Shown: positions 1 to 14,225 of the stretch, piece by piece | Layout of the letters: each line of letters opens with the position of its first letter | How positions within the stretch are numbered: the stretch's first letter is position 1 | Origin: Octopus sinensis | Taxonomy: Eukaryota | DNA: 64,000 nucleotides | NCBI RefSeq assembly: GCF_006345805.1 | Contig: NC_042999.1 | Coordinates: 159,278,001 to 159,342,000, forward strand | Reading direction: 5' to 3' | Notes under the pieces: model-generated | Seen by the model: the letters and a program-made list of their open reading frames with translations, nothing else | Told to the model about the DNA's origin: nothing | Databases searched by the model: none | Translations under genes and position numbers: made by a program

Positions 1-227
1 AAATTGATGACTTTGTTTATATGAGTGTGTGTGTGTGTGTTTGTATATGTGTGTTTGTGTGTGTGTGTGTATGAGTGTGCGCGCGTGTCTGTGTGTGCTG
101 GGAAGGTATAAATATAGGAACACTGCGTGGTTAGAAGTTTACTTCGCAATCACATGGTTCTACGCCGACCAAATCCCTGAAAATGGATTTGGTAGACAAA
201 AACTGTCGTATATATATATGTGTGTAA

Positions 228-692
228 GGCGGCAAGCCAGCAGAAACGTTAGTACGCCGGGCGAAATGCTTAGCAGTATTTCGTCTGCCGCTACGTTTTG
301 AGTTGAAATTCCACCGAGGTCGACTTTGCCTTTCATCCTTTCGGGGTCGATTAAATAAGTACCAGTTACGCACTGGGGTCAATATAATCGACTTAATCCG
401 ATTGTCTGTCCTTGTTTGTCCTCTCTGTGTTTAGCCCCTTGTGGGTAGTAAAGAAATAGGTATTTCGTCTGTCTTTACGTTCTGAGTTCCAATTCCACCG
501 AGGTCGACTTTGGCTTTCATCCTTTCGGGGCCGATAAATTAAATACCTATTTCTTTACTACCCACAAGGGGCTAAACACAGAGGGGACAAACAAAGACAG
601 ACATACGGATTAAGTCGATTATATTGACCCCAGTGCGTAACTGGTACTTAATTTCATCGACCCCGAAAGGATGAAAGGCAAAGTCGACCTCG
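228..692. mobile_element. Cluster of SINE family S2 copies: forward copy, partial tandem copy and an inverted copy
   Basis: 228-458 matches the copy at 27569-27807. 541-692 is the reverse complement of about 314-465. Contains the GCCTTTCATCCTTTCGGGGTCGA segment resembling conserved metazoan SINE central domains. Confidence 0.8.
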
Positions 693-1515
693 ATGTGGCG
701 AATGAGCGCACTGTAATCCGATGGTTTGAGAAGTTCCGGCGTGGTAGCTTTACTCTTTAAAATCAGTCCCGTAGTAGATCTGTGACCAAGGTAGATAATG
801 AGATGGAAATTAATGGAAGCGGATATGTCTCAAACTACCAGTGAGTTTGCAGCAAAGGTTTGAAGTTTCGATTCCAGCTGTATTGGACCGTCTGAAACAA
901 ATCGACAAGGTAAAGAAGCTACACGATTGGGTACCACACGAACTCAACGAGTATCAAATGACACGTCGTCTTGAAACTTGCTGTTTGCTGTCACGGCATA
1001 AAAGCGAAACCATTTTTGCATTGTACTGTGATGTGTGATAAAAAAATAGATTCTTTTCAACAATAGCAAGCGCTCTGCATGGTGGTTGGGTAAAAGGAAT
1101 TTGGTGGTGCAGCGCTGATGTCATCCACAACAACTTCATGATGTATACAACGGATGTATTCATTAACCAATTGGATGAAATGATGAGTGAACATGCAAAT
1201 TAATCAACCGAGATTGGTCAATATAGACAAGTCAATTCTCTTGCAAGACAATGCTTGACCACATGTTGCACAAAGAACGCTACTCAAGTTACAGGAACTG
1301 AACTTGGAAGTAATTTGTCATCTACCACATTCACAGGACTTTGCACCAACTGACTATCACGGTTTTTTGCAAGGAAAAAACTTCAAATCTGAAGAAGATG
1401 CAAAAATAGCCTTTCGTGATTTCATTACCACTTGCTCTCCAGAATTCTTCACTACCGGCATAAATAAGCTACCGATAAAATGGCAAAATTGTGTTGATAA
1501 TTTAGGTGTATATAG
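693..1515 (+). pseudogene. Decayed 5'-truncated mariner transposase
   Basis: Translates to NERTVIRWFEKFRRG, WVPHEL (841-1038) and HSQDFAPTDYH (YSPDLAPxDY-like, 1304-1519); broken by frameshifts and stops. Confidence 0.9.
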
Positions 1516-1542
1516 ATAGATAAATGTATGTATATATGCATA

Positions 1543-1573
<31 letters not shown>

Positions 1574-1740
1574 ATGTATGTATGTATGTATGTATGTATG
1601 TATGAGTGTGTGTTTGTTTGCGTGCGTGTGTATGTATATATATATTTAAACATAATAAATAACAATAAGGTAATAAGAAATTATTATTACCAGTGGCCTA
1701 GCACAAAAACGAACTCGTCATTAGACTATATATTATTCAC

Positions 1741-2020
1741 ATAGAAATACAAGTGGCTTCCAAATAGGAAAGCCTTGTGCTAGAAAGAGCAGTAGAAAAC
1801 TCAAACCACCAATTAAAGATAAATTCTCAAAAGGAATGAAAATTAAAACGTTTACCATCTCAATTATTTCCCAAACCATGGTTTCTAACTATTTCAAGCA
1901 AAAAATTTTTGCTGAGGGCCAGTCTTCATCAGTGGGAATCCTTAATTGGTGGTTTGAGTTTTCTACTGCTCTTTCTAGCACAAGGCTTTCCTATTTGGAA
2001 GCCTCTTGTTGTATTTCTAT
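1741..2020. mobile_element. Foldback element with ~80-bp inverted arms and a hammerhead motif in the spacer; probable non-autonomous PLE derivative
   Basis: Arm 1741-1820 is the reverse complement of 1938-2020 with few mismatches; right end runs into (TA)n. Confidence 0.8.
1868..1938 (-). ncRNA. Type I hammerhead ribozyme motif, predicted cleavage GUU after 1874
   Basis: Minus strand reads TTCCCA-CTGATGA-a-GACT...AGTT-a-GAAA-CCATGG-TT-TGGGAA: 6-bp helix I, long helix II, palindromic helix III. Confidence 0.75.
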
Positions 2021-2054
2021 ATATATATATATATACATACATAACATACATACA

Positions 2055-2089
<35 letters not shown>

Positions 2090-2356
2090 GCCTTTCAGGG
2101 AGTTAACTTGGGATTCATTAACGACAATGTAACCTTCATATAATTAACGTACCTTAATTATATTCGTTGAATAATTATTACATCAGAGGATCTGCTAACT
2201 AGGAATCGTGTGGCCTGGGTATTATCTGTTCTACTCACTCAGTTCGTACGTATGTGTGTGTGTATGTGTATATGTTTATCATCTATGAATGTATGAATGC
2301 AAGTATGTATCTGTGTAGACAAATACATGTGTATTTCAGTGTGCATTTGTGTGTGT

Positions 2357-2394
<38 letters not shown>

Positions 2395-2974
2395 CGTCCC
2401 TGCCATCGCTTGACTGTTTAATTTTTTGTTTTTTGTTTGTTTGTTTTTTGTCTACGTCCTCGTAACTTATTGGCTAAGCTGCAGAAATGATAGAATAGGT
2501 ACCAGTATTTAAAAAAAAAACGAAGCATAAAGTGAATTCGTTCGAATAAAACCATTCAAAGCGGTGTTTCGACATGGTCATATTCCAATGACCGAAACGA
2601 GTAAAAGATGTAGTAAGAAGTTTGCTTCTCCTCCACAAAGTGCCGGGTTCAGTCCCATGTCTTCTACTATAGACTCGGGCCGACCAAATCCTTGTGAGTG
2701 GATTTAGTAGATAGAAACTAAGAGAAGCCCATCGTATATATATATATGTGCGGAGTTGTTTTCCTGTATCTTGTGTATGTGTATGCCGCCACCACCGCTT
2801 CAGAAACGGTGTTAGTGTGTTTACGTCTCAGTAGCCTAGCGGTTCGTTCGATAGAACACATACTATAAATACTGGCGTCGATTCGTTCGACTGAAATTCT
2901 TCCATGCGGTGCCGCAGCATGGCCCTAGTCTAATGACTGAAGCAGGAGAAATATAGAAAAAAAGAATATATATA

Positions 2975-3037
<63 letters not shown>

Positions 3038-3074
3038 TGGATATATAGATATATATATATATATATATATATAT

Positions 3075-3215
3075 ACCGGAGTAAACACATAAATGTGAAA
3101 CAAGGTGGAAAAAAGAGTACTCAAATACCAGTGTAGAGTAATATGCTTTATTTTAAGCAGCAGAAAATTCAACAAATTCAACAATTTGTTGAATTTTCTG
3201 CTGCTTAAAAAAAAG
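3075..3215 (+). mobile_element. Family A foldback element with the hairpin tip deleted
   Basis: Starts ACCGGAGTAAACACATAAATGTG like 34344 and 44134; only the outer ~30 bp of each arm remains. Confidence 0.8.
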
Positions 3216-3254
<39 letters not shown>

Positions 3255-3260
3255 AAATTT

Positions 3261-3764
3261 AGAGGAATGACCAATAAAGTGGACACCCTATCTGCTAAAC
3301 ATAGACGTCAAATCGCCATCACCACGAAGAATGTGTTCTCAAGAAAAAAATGTTCTTTAACCGATTAGCTGCTGAAATTTATTAACTGCAGAGCAATTTC
3401 CGGCCTCAACGCGCCAAAGTGAAGGTATTTGAAAAATTACACCCAAATTAACTTGTATAACTTTATACCTGCTCGATTTCGGTTAAGCGTTCTGTATCTA
3501 GTTCTGGAAATTTTTTTTTGTAAGCGACAGACTACGCTGACGATCTTGCAGATGTCTGCGTGTTTTATATACGAAGATATTAACAAGCGAAACCAATGGT
3601 ACGTAGGTAATCATTTTTATTTCGTATGTTTTCATTTGTCTCGCTCATTTTTACATTTTGGCGTTTTACTGAGATTTTTTTCTTGAAAGCACATTCTTCG
3701 TGGTAATGGCGATTTGAGGTCTATGTTTAGCTTAAAGGGTGTCCACTTTAGTGGTCATTCCTCT
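3261..3764. mobile_element. MITE with ~90-bp terminal inverted repeats
   Basis: 3261-3350 pairs with about 3675-3764; non-coding interior. Confidence 0.75.
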
Positions 3765-3905
3765 TCGGCTTTTTTAAATGTGCTAAGCCACTGGTTTTAA
3801 TTGATTAACATCAATTTCTCCTCTTGTTATTTAATTATATATATATATATATAAAGAGAGAGAGAGAGACAATCAGACAGACAGACAGACTAACAGTGAT
3901 GTATG

Positions 3906-3977
<72 letters not shown>

Positions 3978-4861
3978 CATACATACATACATACATACAT
4001 ACATACATACATACATACATACATACATACATACATACATACATGGATAGATGAATGGATGGATGGATGGATAAAAGAAAACAAGATGGAAAAAATAATA
4101 CTGGAATACCAGTCTTCACAAACGGTTAATCAGAGTTGCACGTGCCCGTTTAACAGACAGTTGCGATAAACGCACCTGCCTGGCATGAAACACTGAGTAA
4201 CAGTTTGTGAAGAATTTTTGGCTTTAATATAGATAGATAGAGAGAGAGAGAGAGGGAGGAGAGAGAGAGAGAGGAAGTAATAGAGAAACATAAATATCTG
4301 TCTGCATGCATATATGTGTATACAAACACACTCACACACAAAACTCCCACACACACACGCACATATATATATATATATACATGCATACGTATAATAAGAG
4401 AATACACGCGTGCACACACACGTACACTCACACACACACACTCACACACACATGCACAAACACATATATATACATACATATAATAAGAGAACCACCACAG
4501 TGTCGCTTAAGAGAATGTGTATCGAGAAAATATTTGCAATACATTTGATAAGTATATATTTATATATATATAGCCATGCTGTGGAAGCTTAATCTAAATT
4601 TATTAAATCTCCAATTCTCCGGTAGCTGATAGCGAAGAATCGACCGAAATGTGTTTCGCATTTATTAACACTCATCGGGGTGTGTTTATCATGCCTCTCA
4701 AGTACCGAATTTGCCAGTTGTCTTAATAAAAAAATTACTGGCATGAATTCATTTACACAGAAGCGTTTAGATACTCAATCTCACCTACTGAATATTCTAT
4801 CGTTTCATCTGTGATTATATTTTCATAGCTACAAGAAATGCGTATTTTTTAAAGCATTCGC

Positions 4862-6065
4862 CCGTTACAAGGTTCTTAGACCACTAAAAACGTAAGAGCT
4901 ACTAGAATAAAATGGACGTTAGACAGAAGTCAATAGGTGACGATGTACATCAGACTTAAAAGACTGGAGGAGGTCATATTGAAGCGGAAAACAAGACTGT
5001 GGAAGGGAATTCCTAAGTTCAGAGGCCCGAGGGAAGAAGCTGGTACTGTAAAGTACTTTACGGCACTTAGGAGGTTGCACAGTATACTGATGAGAACTGG
5101 ATGCAAGTCTAGTTGAACGCTGAGAAGTTCTTAAAGGAGGAACCAGAGAAAAGGGCTCAGTTAAACAATGTCCATGAAAATACTTATAGAAAAGAGACAA
5201 GGAAACCACACGAGACGATGAGAGAATGAATCCAATTTGGAAGGCAGATCAGGACCAATAGCATAAGAAATACGGCGTTGAATGCGGTCCAACAGAGTTA
5301 AACAATCTGCTGAAGCACCTGCCCATATGTGACAACAGTACTCAATGTAGGTGCGAAGGGTGGACTTATAAAGATAAAGAATAGACTCAGGAGTGAGATA
5401 ACTCCTCGGACGAAGCAGTGTGCCTACCTTCATTGCAGCTGATTTTGCAATGGATTCAATGTAAGTCCTAAAGAAAAATCATTTCGGAACGTCACTCCTA
5501 GGAGACGAATATAACGACTCTCAGGTAAATCAATACCATCCATTGAAACCGATGGCAAAAAGGATATCTGAAGCTATTAATTGAAAGAAGTTTAGTTTCA
5601 ATGGATTGAAATTTACAAGCCATTTCCTACGCCACTCAATAATAGATCGAAGATCATTCCCAAAGTTAGCAGCGATCTCAATCAAACTTATCAGACAAGT
5701 AGTGAGATTTATCCAAACAAGAGTACAAAGTAGAGTCATCAACATAGATTACTAGCTGACAGACAGTATGATCAGGCAGATCATTGATAAAAAGAAGAAA
5801 GAGAGTTGGGTCCAGGGCAGATCCTTGAGGAACACCAGCATTGATAGAAAAACTAGATGAAGATTGACCATCAAAAAGAACCTTGATCCTGCGGTCATAA
5901 AGGAAAGAGGAGATGATGTTTAGCATGAAACCTGACATACCAAAGGACTGGAGATTCCATAGAAGTCAAGCATGCCAAACCCTATCAAATGACTTAGAAA
6001 TATCAAGAGTAACTGCCCCAGCTTGACCAGATACATTCAAGGCACGATAAAGACGCTTGGATATA
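4862..6065 (-). mobile_element. 5'-truncated LINE (L2/Crack/Daphne-like), RT C-terminal half
   Basis: LDISKSFDRVWH, GVPQGSALDPTLFLLFINDLP, YVDDSTL and YCCHIWAG in shifted frames. Confidence 0.85.
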
Positions 6066-6104
6066 ACAGTATAGAAATACACACTCATACTCCCTCTCCC
6101 ATTT

Positions 6105-6138
<34 letters not shown>

Positions 6139-6423
6139 GTACGTGCGTGAGTGTGTGTGTGTGTGTGTGTACACATAAACATGCACGTATATGTGTGTGT
6201 AATAGTTTCTTCTTTATATTTAGTTATATTTTGTATTTTTTACAATTTCACATAAATTCCTTACAGGAGCAATCCATCCTCATCGTTTCCAATCCTAAAC
6301 GGTATCATCTATTTCAAGTGTAATTGAGTCCATGCTTGTTAAAGACATTTCCTTACACCCATGAACGATGAGACTGATATCGACATTACTACGCCATTAT
6401 TATCCCCATCTTTCTATATCAAA

Positions 6424-7016
6424 CTAGCAGTATTGCCCGGCACAACGGGGATTTCAGGGGAGAGTTTCAGGGAGTCGCTGGCGATGTATCGTGATGATAA
6501 AAAATCCGGCCTGCTAAAATTTGGTTAAAGTGATTTAAACTGCAGAATCAACGCAAAATGGTCACATTTAATTCAAAGCGTTAAAAATGTTATGAAAACA
6601 CTTGGTATGTGTTCACAAAGTCCAAACGATTAATACGAAAAAACCCGCCAGGCTACATCCCGAAAATTCATTCCTTTGCCGAATTTCTACAATGTTTACG
6701 GCGATTCGTTTTTATATCTTGATTTCTTTTTTTTCATGCAATTTAAGCATGTTTGCAGGCGTGGTGAACACAGTTCACGTCAAACAGATGACTGAGTGAA
6801 GTTCACTATTCAATGCATGGGATAAGGCCTAAACAAACACATTATCGATTTTTGCACTTGCGAGATGAATTTCGGAACAGAAATAGCGCAGTTCAATTTT
6901 CATTCGCCTAAACTTTGAGTGACCCATTTTTTGTGGTTCTACGATTTGTTGGCTAGGAGAAGATGTGCCGGGACGTTAAACACACAGACAAACAAGTTGA
7001 GTTTTATATATATAGA
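6424..7016 (-). mobile_element. Non-autonomous Helitron
   Basis: On the minus strand it starts TCTATATATA and ends CCCG..CGGG-CAATACTG-CTAG, inserted between A and T; termini match 15922-16432. Confidence 0.75.
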
Positions 7017-7220
7017 TATCAACGAGTGGTGTTTACTTGTAACTAGTGCGTAGTATTTAACTTTTCTTTTCTTTTACCTTTTGCTTGTTGCAGTCATTAG
7101 ACTGCGGCCATACTGAAAGGCACCACCTTGAAGAAATTTTAGCCGAGGGATTCGACCCCAGTACTTATTTTTGGTAAGTCTGGTACTTATTCTATCCGGC
7201 TCTTTTGCCGAAACGCTTGA

Positions 7221-7646
7221 GGAGCAGCTGTGTGGTAAGTAGCTTGCTTACCAATTAGGTGGATCCGGGTTCAGTCCCACTGCGCGGTACCTTGGGCAAG
7301 TGTCTTCTACTATAACCTCGGGCCGACCAAAGCCTTGTGAGTGGATTGGGTAAACGGAAACTGAAAGAAGCTCGTCGTATATATGTATATATATATATAT
7401 ATATATTGTGGTGTGTGTGTGTGTGTGTGTGAGAGAGAGTGTGTGTGTGTTTGTCCACCAACATCACTTGACAGCCGATGCTGGTGTGTTTGCGTCCCCG
7501 TCACTTAGCGGTTCGGCAAAAGAGACCGATAGAATAAGTACTAGGCTTACAAATAATAAGTCCTGGGGTCGATTTGCTCGACTAAAGGCGGTGCTCTAAC
7601 ATGGCCACAGTCACATGACTGAAACAAGTAAAAGAGTAAAAGAGTA
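7221..7646 (+). mobile_element. tRNA-derived SINE family S1
   Basis: A/B-box-like head, internal microsatellite, 3' GGCGGTGCT..CATGGCC..CAGTCACATGACTGAAAC and (AAAGAGT)n tail. Confidence 0.85.
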
Positions 7647-7770
7647 CACCAAAACCAGTTGTCGAGCGATAGTGGGGGTCAAAGAAAAAGCTAAACATAC
7701 ACACAAACAGCACGCATACACACACACCTACACAAACACACTCATACATACATACATATATATATATATA

Positions 7771-7920
7771 CTTTATTTAAAATCAGCAGAAATTCAACAA
7801 AACCTGCTACTCGGAGTTTCACCTTCCCGTTCGTCGGACAGTTTTGTTAAATTACTCTACCCCTGGTATTTGAGTACTCTTTTCTTCCACCTTGTTTCAC
7901 ATTTATGTGTTTACTCCGGT
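7771..7920 (-). mobile_element. Family A element with a single arm; hammerhead motif at 7804-7841
   Basis: Minus strand: ACCGGAGTAAAC... then CTGT-CCGACGA-a-CGGGAAGGT-GAAA-CTCCGAG-TA-GCAG. Confidence 0.7.
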
Positions 7921-7928
7921 ATATATAT

Positions 7929-8047
<119 letters not shown>

Positions 8048-8779
8048 GTATATAACGAGCTTCTTTCAGCCTCCGTCTACCAAATCCACTCACAATGTAT
8101 TGGTTGGCTCTAGGCTATATTAGAAGAAACTTGCCCAAAGTGATTGGTTGGTTTCTGTTGGTCTGTAATGCTTTCTCAACTTGATTTGTGCATGTATTTG
8201 TGTTGTGCGCATGCGTCTGTGTTCTGTGTGTGTGTTATGCGCATGCGTATGTGTTGTGTGGTGCATTTAATTCATATTGGCTTTATAGTGCGTGCATGGC
8301 GAACTGGAAAGAAACTTAAAAGTCATATCGCCAGTTGCAGCCGGGCGTGTGTTTTTATTGAAGAAAGAGAAATATAAGACTTTAAGAATGGTAAATAAAC
8401 TCAGGTTATTTCAGATATGAGATACGAAACAAATGAAATGATAGCATTAAAGGCTACAAGATAATTAGAAAAATACCCGCCAAGCAGAACCAAAGTTAAT
8501 GGAATGAGTCATGGTAAATAAACAAAAGATCAGGATAAGAAGAAGTAGGAAATAGAGGAATCCCTCGATAAAGAATATCGTATTGAGGAAATATGGGTTT
8601 CGGTACTTCTTCAAAATAGTACCATTTTTCAAAACTGGATAGAAACATCAAGAATGACAAATCAAAAAAGAATATCCGTTAAAGATCTTCAATCCGCACT
8701 AAACCAGAAATACCGAGAAACTGTGTATTTGCATATGCACACATACGCACACACACACACACACGCACAACACACGCAC

Positions 8780-9056
8780 ACACGCACACATACACACACA
8801 CACGTATGTATGTATATATATTATATATATACTTATATATATGCATACACATATATATGTGAATATATACATATGTATATAAATATATGTATATATATAA
8901 ATGTACACATATATATACATATATATATGTAAATATATACATATATATGTATACCTACGAATATATATGTACATATATACATATATATGTATATATGTAT
9001 ATATATATAAATATATATGTATATACATAGATATTATACATATATATATGTGTATA

Positions 9057-9088
<32 letters not shown>

Positions 9089-9180
9089 CATCTATATGTA
9101 TATATAATACATATATATATATGTATATATTATATACATATATATGTATATATATACATATATATATTATATATATATAT
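8780..9180. repeat. Compound (TA)/(TATG) microsatellite
   Basis: Direct inspection; similar tracts at about 11100-11670 and 13733-14220. Confidence 0.95.
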
Positions 9181-9386
9181 ATTATTTGTTTCAGTCATTT
9201 GACTGTGGCCATGCTGGAGCATCGCCTATAGTCGAGCAAATCGACCCTAGAGCTTATTCTTTGTAAACCTAGTACTTATTCTATCGATCTCTCTTGCCGA
9301 ACCGCTAGGTGACGGGGCGTAAACACACAGCATCGGTTGTCAAACGATGTTGGGGGTGACAAACACAGACACATATACATACACAT

Positions 9387-9431
<45 letters not shown>

Positions 9432-9443
9432 ATATATACATAT

Positions 9444-9839
9444 GACCCCCTTCGGTAATAAATGACCTTGGGATTGCACATAGAAAGTTACCCTTCGAGG
9501 TAAAAGTCTGAGCAAGGTTGTTTATGGAAAACCAGCAGTCGCCCATGCGTTCCAGCCTCCCCTCCCACACCACTGATGTTATCCAAGGGAAAGGTAAAGG
9601 GGCCGATACAGCTTGGCACCAGTGATGTCGCAACTCATTTATTGACGTGCAAGTGACTGAGCACTCCACAGACGCGTGTACCCTTAACGTAGTTCTTGGT
9701 AAGAATAAGCGTGACACAGAGTGTGACAAGGCTGACCCTTTGAAATACAGGTATAACAAAAATAGGAAGAAAGAGTCAGGAAAGAGTGAGAGAAATTTGT
9801 GGTGATAGAGTACAGCAGGGTTCACCACCACTCCCTGCC
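9444..9839 (-). mobile_element. Composite SINE (partial S3 head, middle module, tail shared with 43139-43428)
   Basis: Middle matches about 47835-47960; 3' part matches about 43270-43428. Confidence 0.7.
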
Positions 9840-9928
9840 CTAGCATCGTGGAGCATGACCACAGTAAAATATACATACATACACATATATATATATAAAT
9901 ATACATACATACATATATATATATATAT

Positions 9929-10175
9929 CGATTCCCAGACCGGGCGTTGTGAGTGTTTATTGAGCGAAAACACCTAAAAGCTCCACGACGCTCCGGCAGG
10001 GGGTGGTGATCCCTGCTGTACTCTTTCACCACTCTTTCTCCCACTCTTTCTTCTGTTGACCTGCTCGCTTAGCCAGCGGAGTGGCGTCATTCGAAGGCTA
10101 AAACAATGCGAACGCATTGTGACCAGCGATGTGTAACAACATCTGATGGTCTGGTCGGTCACCTGATCACGTGAT
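9929..10175 (+). mobile_element. 5'-truncated SINE family S3
   Basis: Matches 32517-32805 and the reverse complement of 30137-30409. Confidence 0.8.
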
Positions 10176-10615
10176 ATATATATATATATAAAGTTAATCC
10201 AAACAAGAAAACAAAAAGACGACAACGTGAGGATGTGGAACAAATAAAGTATTATTGGGCGCACAGGAAAGAAGGGAAGAAGGAGAGATATATATATACG
10301 ACAGGCTTCTTTCAGTTTCCGTCTACCAAATCCACTCACAAGGCTTCGGTTGGCCCGAGGCTATAGTAGAAGACACTTGCCCAAGGTGCCACGCAATGGG
10401 ACTGAACCCGGACCGATGTGGTTTGTAAGCAGGCTACTTACTATACAGCCACTCCTGCGCCAGATAACCGAAGAGATGGTGTTGTGGATTTCCACTTCGG
10501 CATCTGAAACTCAGAGTATAATAATTGTAACATATCTTGACTATTGAATAATTGTAACATATTATTTATAGATAATTTCATCTATTTTCTTTCTTTTGTT
10601 ATTTTACCGTTTTTA

Positions 10616-10677
<62 letters not shown>

Positions 10678-10681
10678 ATAT

Positions 10682-10895
10682 ATAATTTCAACAATTGAGG
10701 GCAAAATTAATTAATTATTAATCAATTTCACCAAGTGTTCAGTATGCAAAGGGACCATTCAAGGCGAATTCAAATTATTACATTATATAAAAGGGCTTAG
10801 TAAAATAAATTAATTTGCCGCATACTGAACTCATTAGAAATAGCAGCCAAAAACTTTTTTAAAGCTATTTCTAATACTTAAAGAAAATCTCTCTC

Positions 10896-10897
<2 letters not shown>
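10682..10897 (+). mobile_element. Family C non-coding repeat (PLE terminal-repeat-like)
   Basis: Aligns with 14221-14430; flanked by (TA)n. Confidence 0.65.
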
Positions 10898-10930
<33 letters not shown>

Positions 10931-11193
10931 CACATTTCAAAATGTAACCACACGTGAATCATTGGTGATTTTCTTCCTCTGTTTTCGAAAATGAGCGTCT
11001 GCTTGATATGTTAAACCATCTTTCTTTCCTTCTCTGAACGTCTGCTCATACTCTACATGTGCCACGTCCTCACGTTGTTGCTTTTTGGTGTTTGTTCTTC
11101 TCTTGGGATTTACGATATATATATTATATACATATATATATATACGATATATACATATATATATATGTATAATATATATATATATTTACGATG

Positions 11194-11266
<73 letters not shown>

Positions 11267-11457
11267 ATATATATATATAATATATGTATATAAATATATG
11301 TATATATAAATTATGTATATAAATATATGTATATATATTATTATATGTAATATCTATGTATATATGTGTTGTGCGTTTGTGTGTACATAGACAATTTCTC
11401 GTCACTGCTAGATTGGTACGGATGGAATATATATGTATATATACATACATACATATT

Positions 11458-11514
<57 letters not shown>

Positions 11515-11689
11515 ATGTAACATATTATTATATATATATTATATACATACGTATATATGTATATATATATATATATCTACATACGTATATATGTATATAT
11601 ATATATATATATACAACGTTATATGTATAAATATATATATGTATATATATATACATATATATATATATAAAAAGAACAAACAAAAAAAT

Positions 11690-13732
11690 TAACAACTAAA
11701 GTACTGCCAACAGCAACACACACATTCGACGGCTATCGCACTGCTTGAATCCAAAAAATATAACCTCCAACAATGCATGAAGACCCTCATCAATAACCAA
11801 AGATCAGCTGAGGAGAAGTGGGCCATTGAAAAAATCAAACTCAATCCCAAAGTGTTCTTTTCATTTGCGAGGAAACGCAGGGTCACTGTCTCCACTGTAG
11901 GCCCTCTAATTGACGAAACTGGCACTCTCCAAGATAATGCCAAATCCATGGCCGAGATACTGCAGAAACAATACTGCTCTGTTTTCAGCAATCCTGATAT
12001 GGCCGATCTGGGCTGTATCAGTGATGTCAACCCCCACACACTATATCGGACATAACGTTTAGTGCCCCTGATGTCTTAGCGGCGATAAACGAAATAAAAC
12101 ACAATTCAGCAGTAGGCCCCGATAGGTTCCCTGCTTGTTCCTGAAGGTGCGTCGACACCAACTTGCATCTCCCCTTGCTAATCTGTGGAGAAACTCACTG
12201 GATGCTGGCTATATTCCAAAAAACCTTCTGTCCCAGTCTGTTGTCCCAGTTTTCAAAAAGGGAAACAAGTCCCTTGCAGTGAATTACCGTCCGATCTCAC
12301 TCACCTCTCATATCATCAAGGTATTTGAGAGGGTGGTGAGATCTCGAATAACCCAATTTCTGGAAAGCAACAGACGGCTGATCTCCAACCAACATGGGTT
12401 CCTAATGGAAGGGACTGCCTAACGCAGCTCCTGCATCACTTGAGGACATTTTGAGAGCTTTTGGAGAGGGCTCCAACACCGATGTCATCTACCTTGATTT
12501 CAGTAAGGCCTTCGACAGGGTCGATCACAAGATCCTATTGAAAAAACTATCCAACATTGGTGTCTCTGGAAAGTTACTGAAATGGATCAAGTGTTTCCTG
12601 ACAGACAGATCTCAACATGTTGTAGTTGAAGGGGTAACATCAAGCCCAGCCAAGTCAGTAGTGGCGTTCCGCAAGGCACTGTGCTGGGCCCACTTCTTTT
12701 CATCATTTACATTAATGACATTAATGACATCATCAAGCACAGCAACATAAAAATCTTTGCAGATGACTCCAAGCTACAGAAGGTCATAAATGAGGCGAGT
12801 GACCGGACATGCCTTCAGTCAGATCTACTGGCTGTTATCCAATGGGCAGAAAAAAACAATATGCTGCTGAACGAGGATAAATTTGAGCTAATCCACTTTG
12901 GAAAGAGGATGCCCTGAAACTCCCATACTCCCTTCCTTCAGGTGAAACTCTCGCGGCGTCCAACAACATCAGAGACTTGGAGTAATTGTGGACAACAACA
13001 TAAGCTGGGCCACTCATATAAACACCAAAGTTGACATGGCCCGCAGAATGTGTTCCTGATTCTCAGAACTTTCCAGTCGACAGATATCCACACCATTATC
13101 CTTCTCTTCTCCACTTTTGCCCGACCCCACCTTGAATACTGTTGTCCACTGTGGTCTCCCCCCACACAATAAGATCATAAAAGTTGAAGCACCTCAAAGT
13201 GCAATCACAAAAAAGATAGATGGCATGACAGGCCTCGACTATTGGGGTCGACTAGAAAAGCTAAAACTCTATTCTCTCCAACGTCGTCGTGAGCGCTACA
13301 TCATCTGCATGATGTGGAAAATATTCCATCAGCATTGCCCAAATGATGTTGGCATCACCTTTAAGGTACATCCAAGGCTTGGGCCCCGTGCCATCCGCCC
13401 AAAACAAAAATCGCACCTCTCATCTTATAACAACAATACGCCACAATTATTTCACCTCAATTGGCCCCGCTCTCTTTAACATTACACAAAACACATTAAA
13501 ACAGAAACTGACCCTATAGGGTTCAAGAAGTCTTTGGACAGATTCCTTCAAGAAATCCCGGATAAACCCCCTACACCCGGATATGTCTCTGTAAACAATA
13601 ACTCTCTACTTGAGTGGGCCATAGTGCCCAAATTCTGACTTGAAAGACTTCACCAGGTGGTGCTATTAAGTTAGACATGGACTGGGCCATAATAATGGCC
13701 GAAACCTATCAAAGTATCAAAGTATCAAAGTA
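11690..13732 (+). mobile_element. 5'-truncated CR1-like LINE with 3' stem-loop and (TATCAAAG)3 tail
   Basis: NYRPISLTSH, YLDFSKAFDRVDH, LGPLLFIIYIND and FADDSKL motifs in frameshifted ORFs. Confidence 0.9.
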
Positions 13733-13736
13733 TATA

Positions 13737-13802
<66 letters not shown>

Positions 13803-13836
13803 CTATATATATATATGTTATAATATATATATATAT

Positions 13837-13870
<34 letters not shown>

Positions 13871-13995
13871 ATATATATAATATATATACATGTTTATATG
13901 CCAAGAGAAAGATATACATATATATGTATGTATATATACATATATGTGTACATATATAATATATGTATATATCGATATACATATATATATATACG

Positions 13996-14027
<32 letters not shown>

Positions 14028-14175
14028 CTATGTGTATATATATATATTATATATATATATATACATATATACGTATGTATATATATATATATATACATAT
14101 ATACGTATGTACACATATATATATAATATATGTACATATATATATATATATATTACATATATATATATATATATA

Positions 14176-14220
<45 letters not shown>

Positions 14221-14225
<5 letters not shown>

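Noticed and set aside
4643-4681. Possible minus-strand hammerhead (CCGATGA...C-GAAA-CACATT-TC)
   Set aside because: Helix III does not pair and helix I is only 3 bp; at best a decayed copy.
5085-5100. CTGATGAG inside the LINE
   Set aside because: Chance match in RT-coding antisense sequence with no partner motifs.
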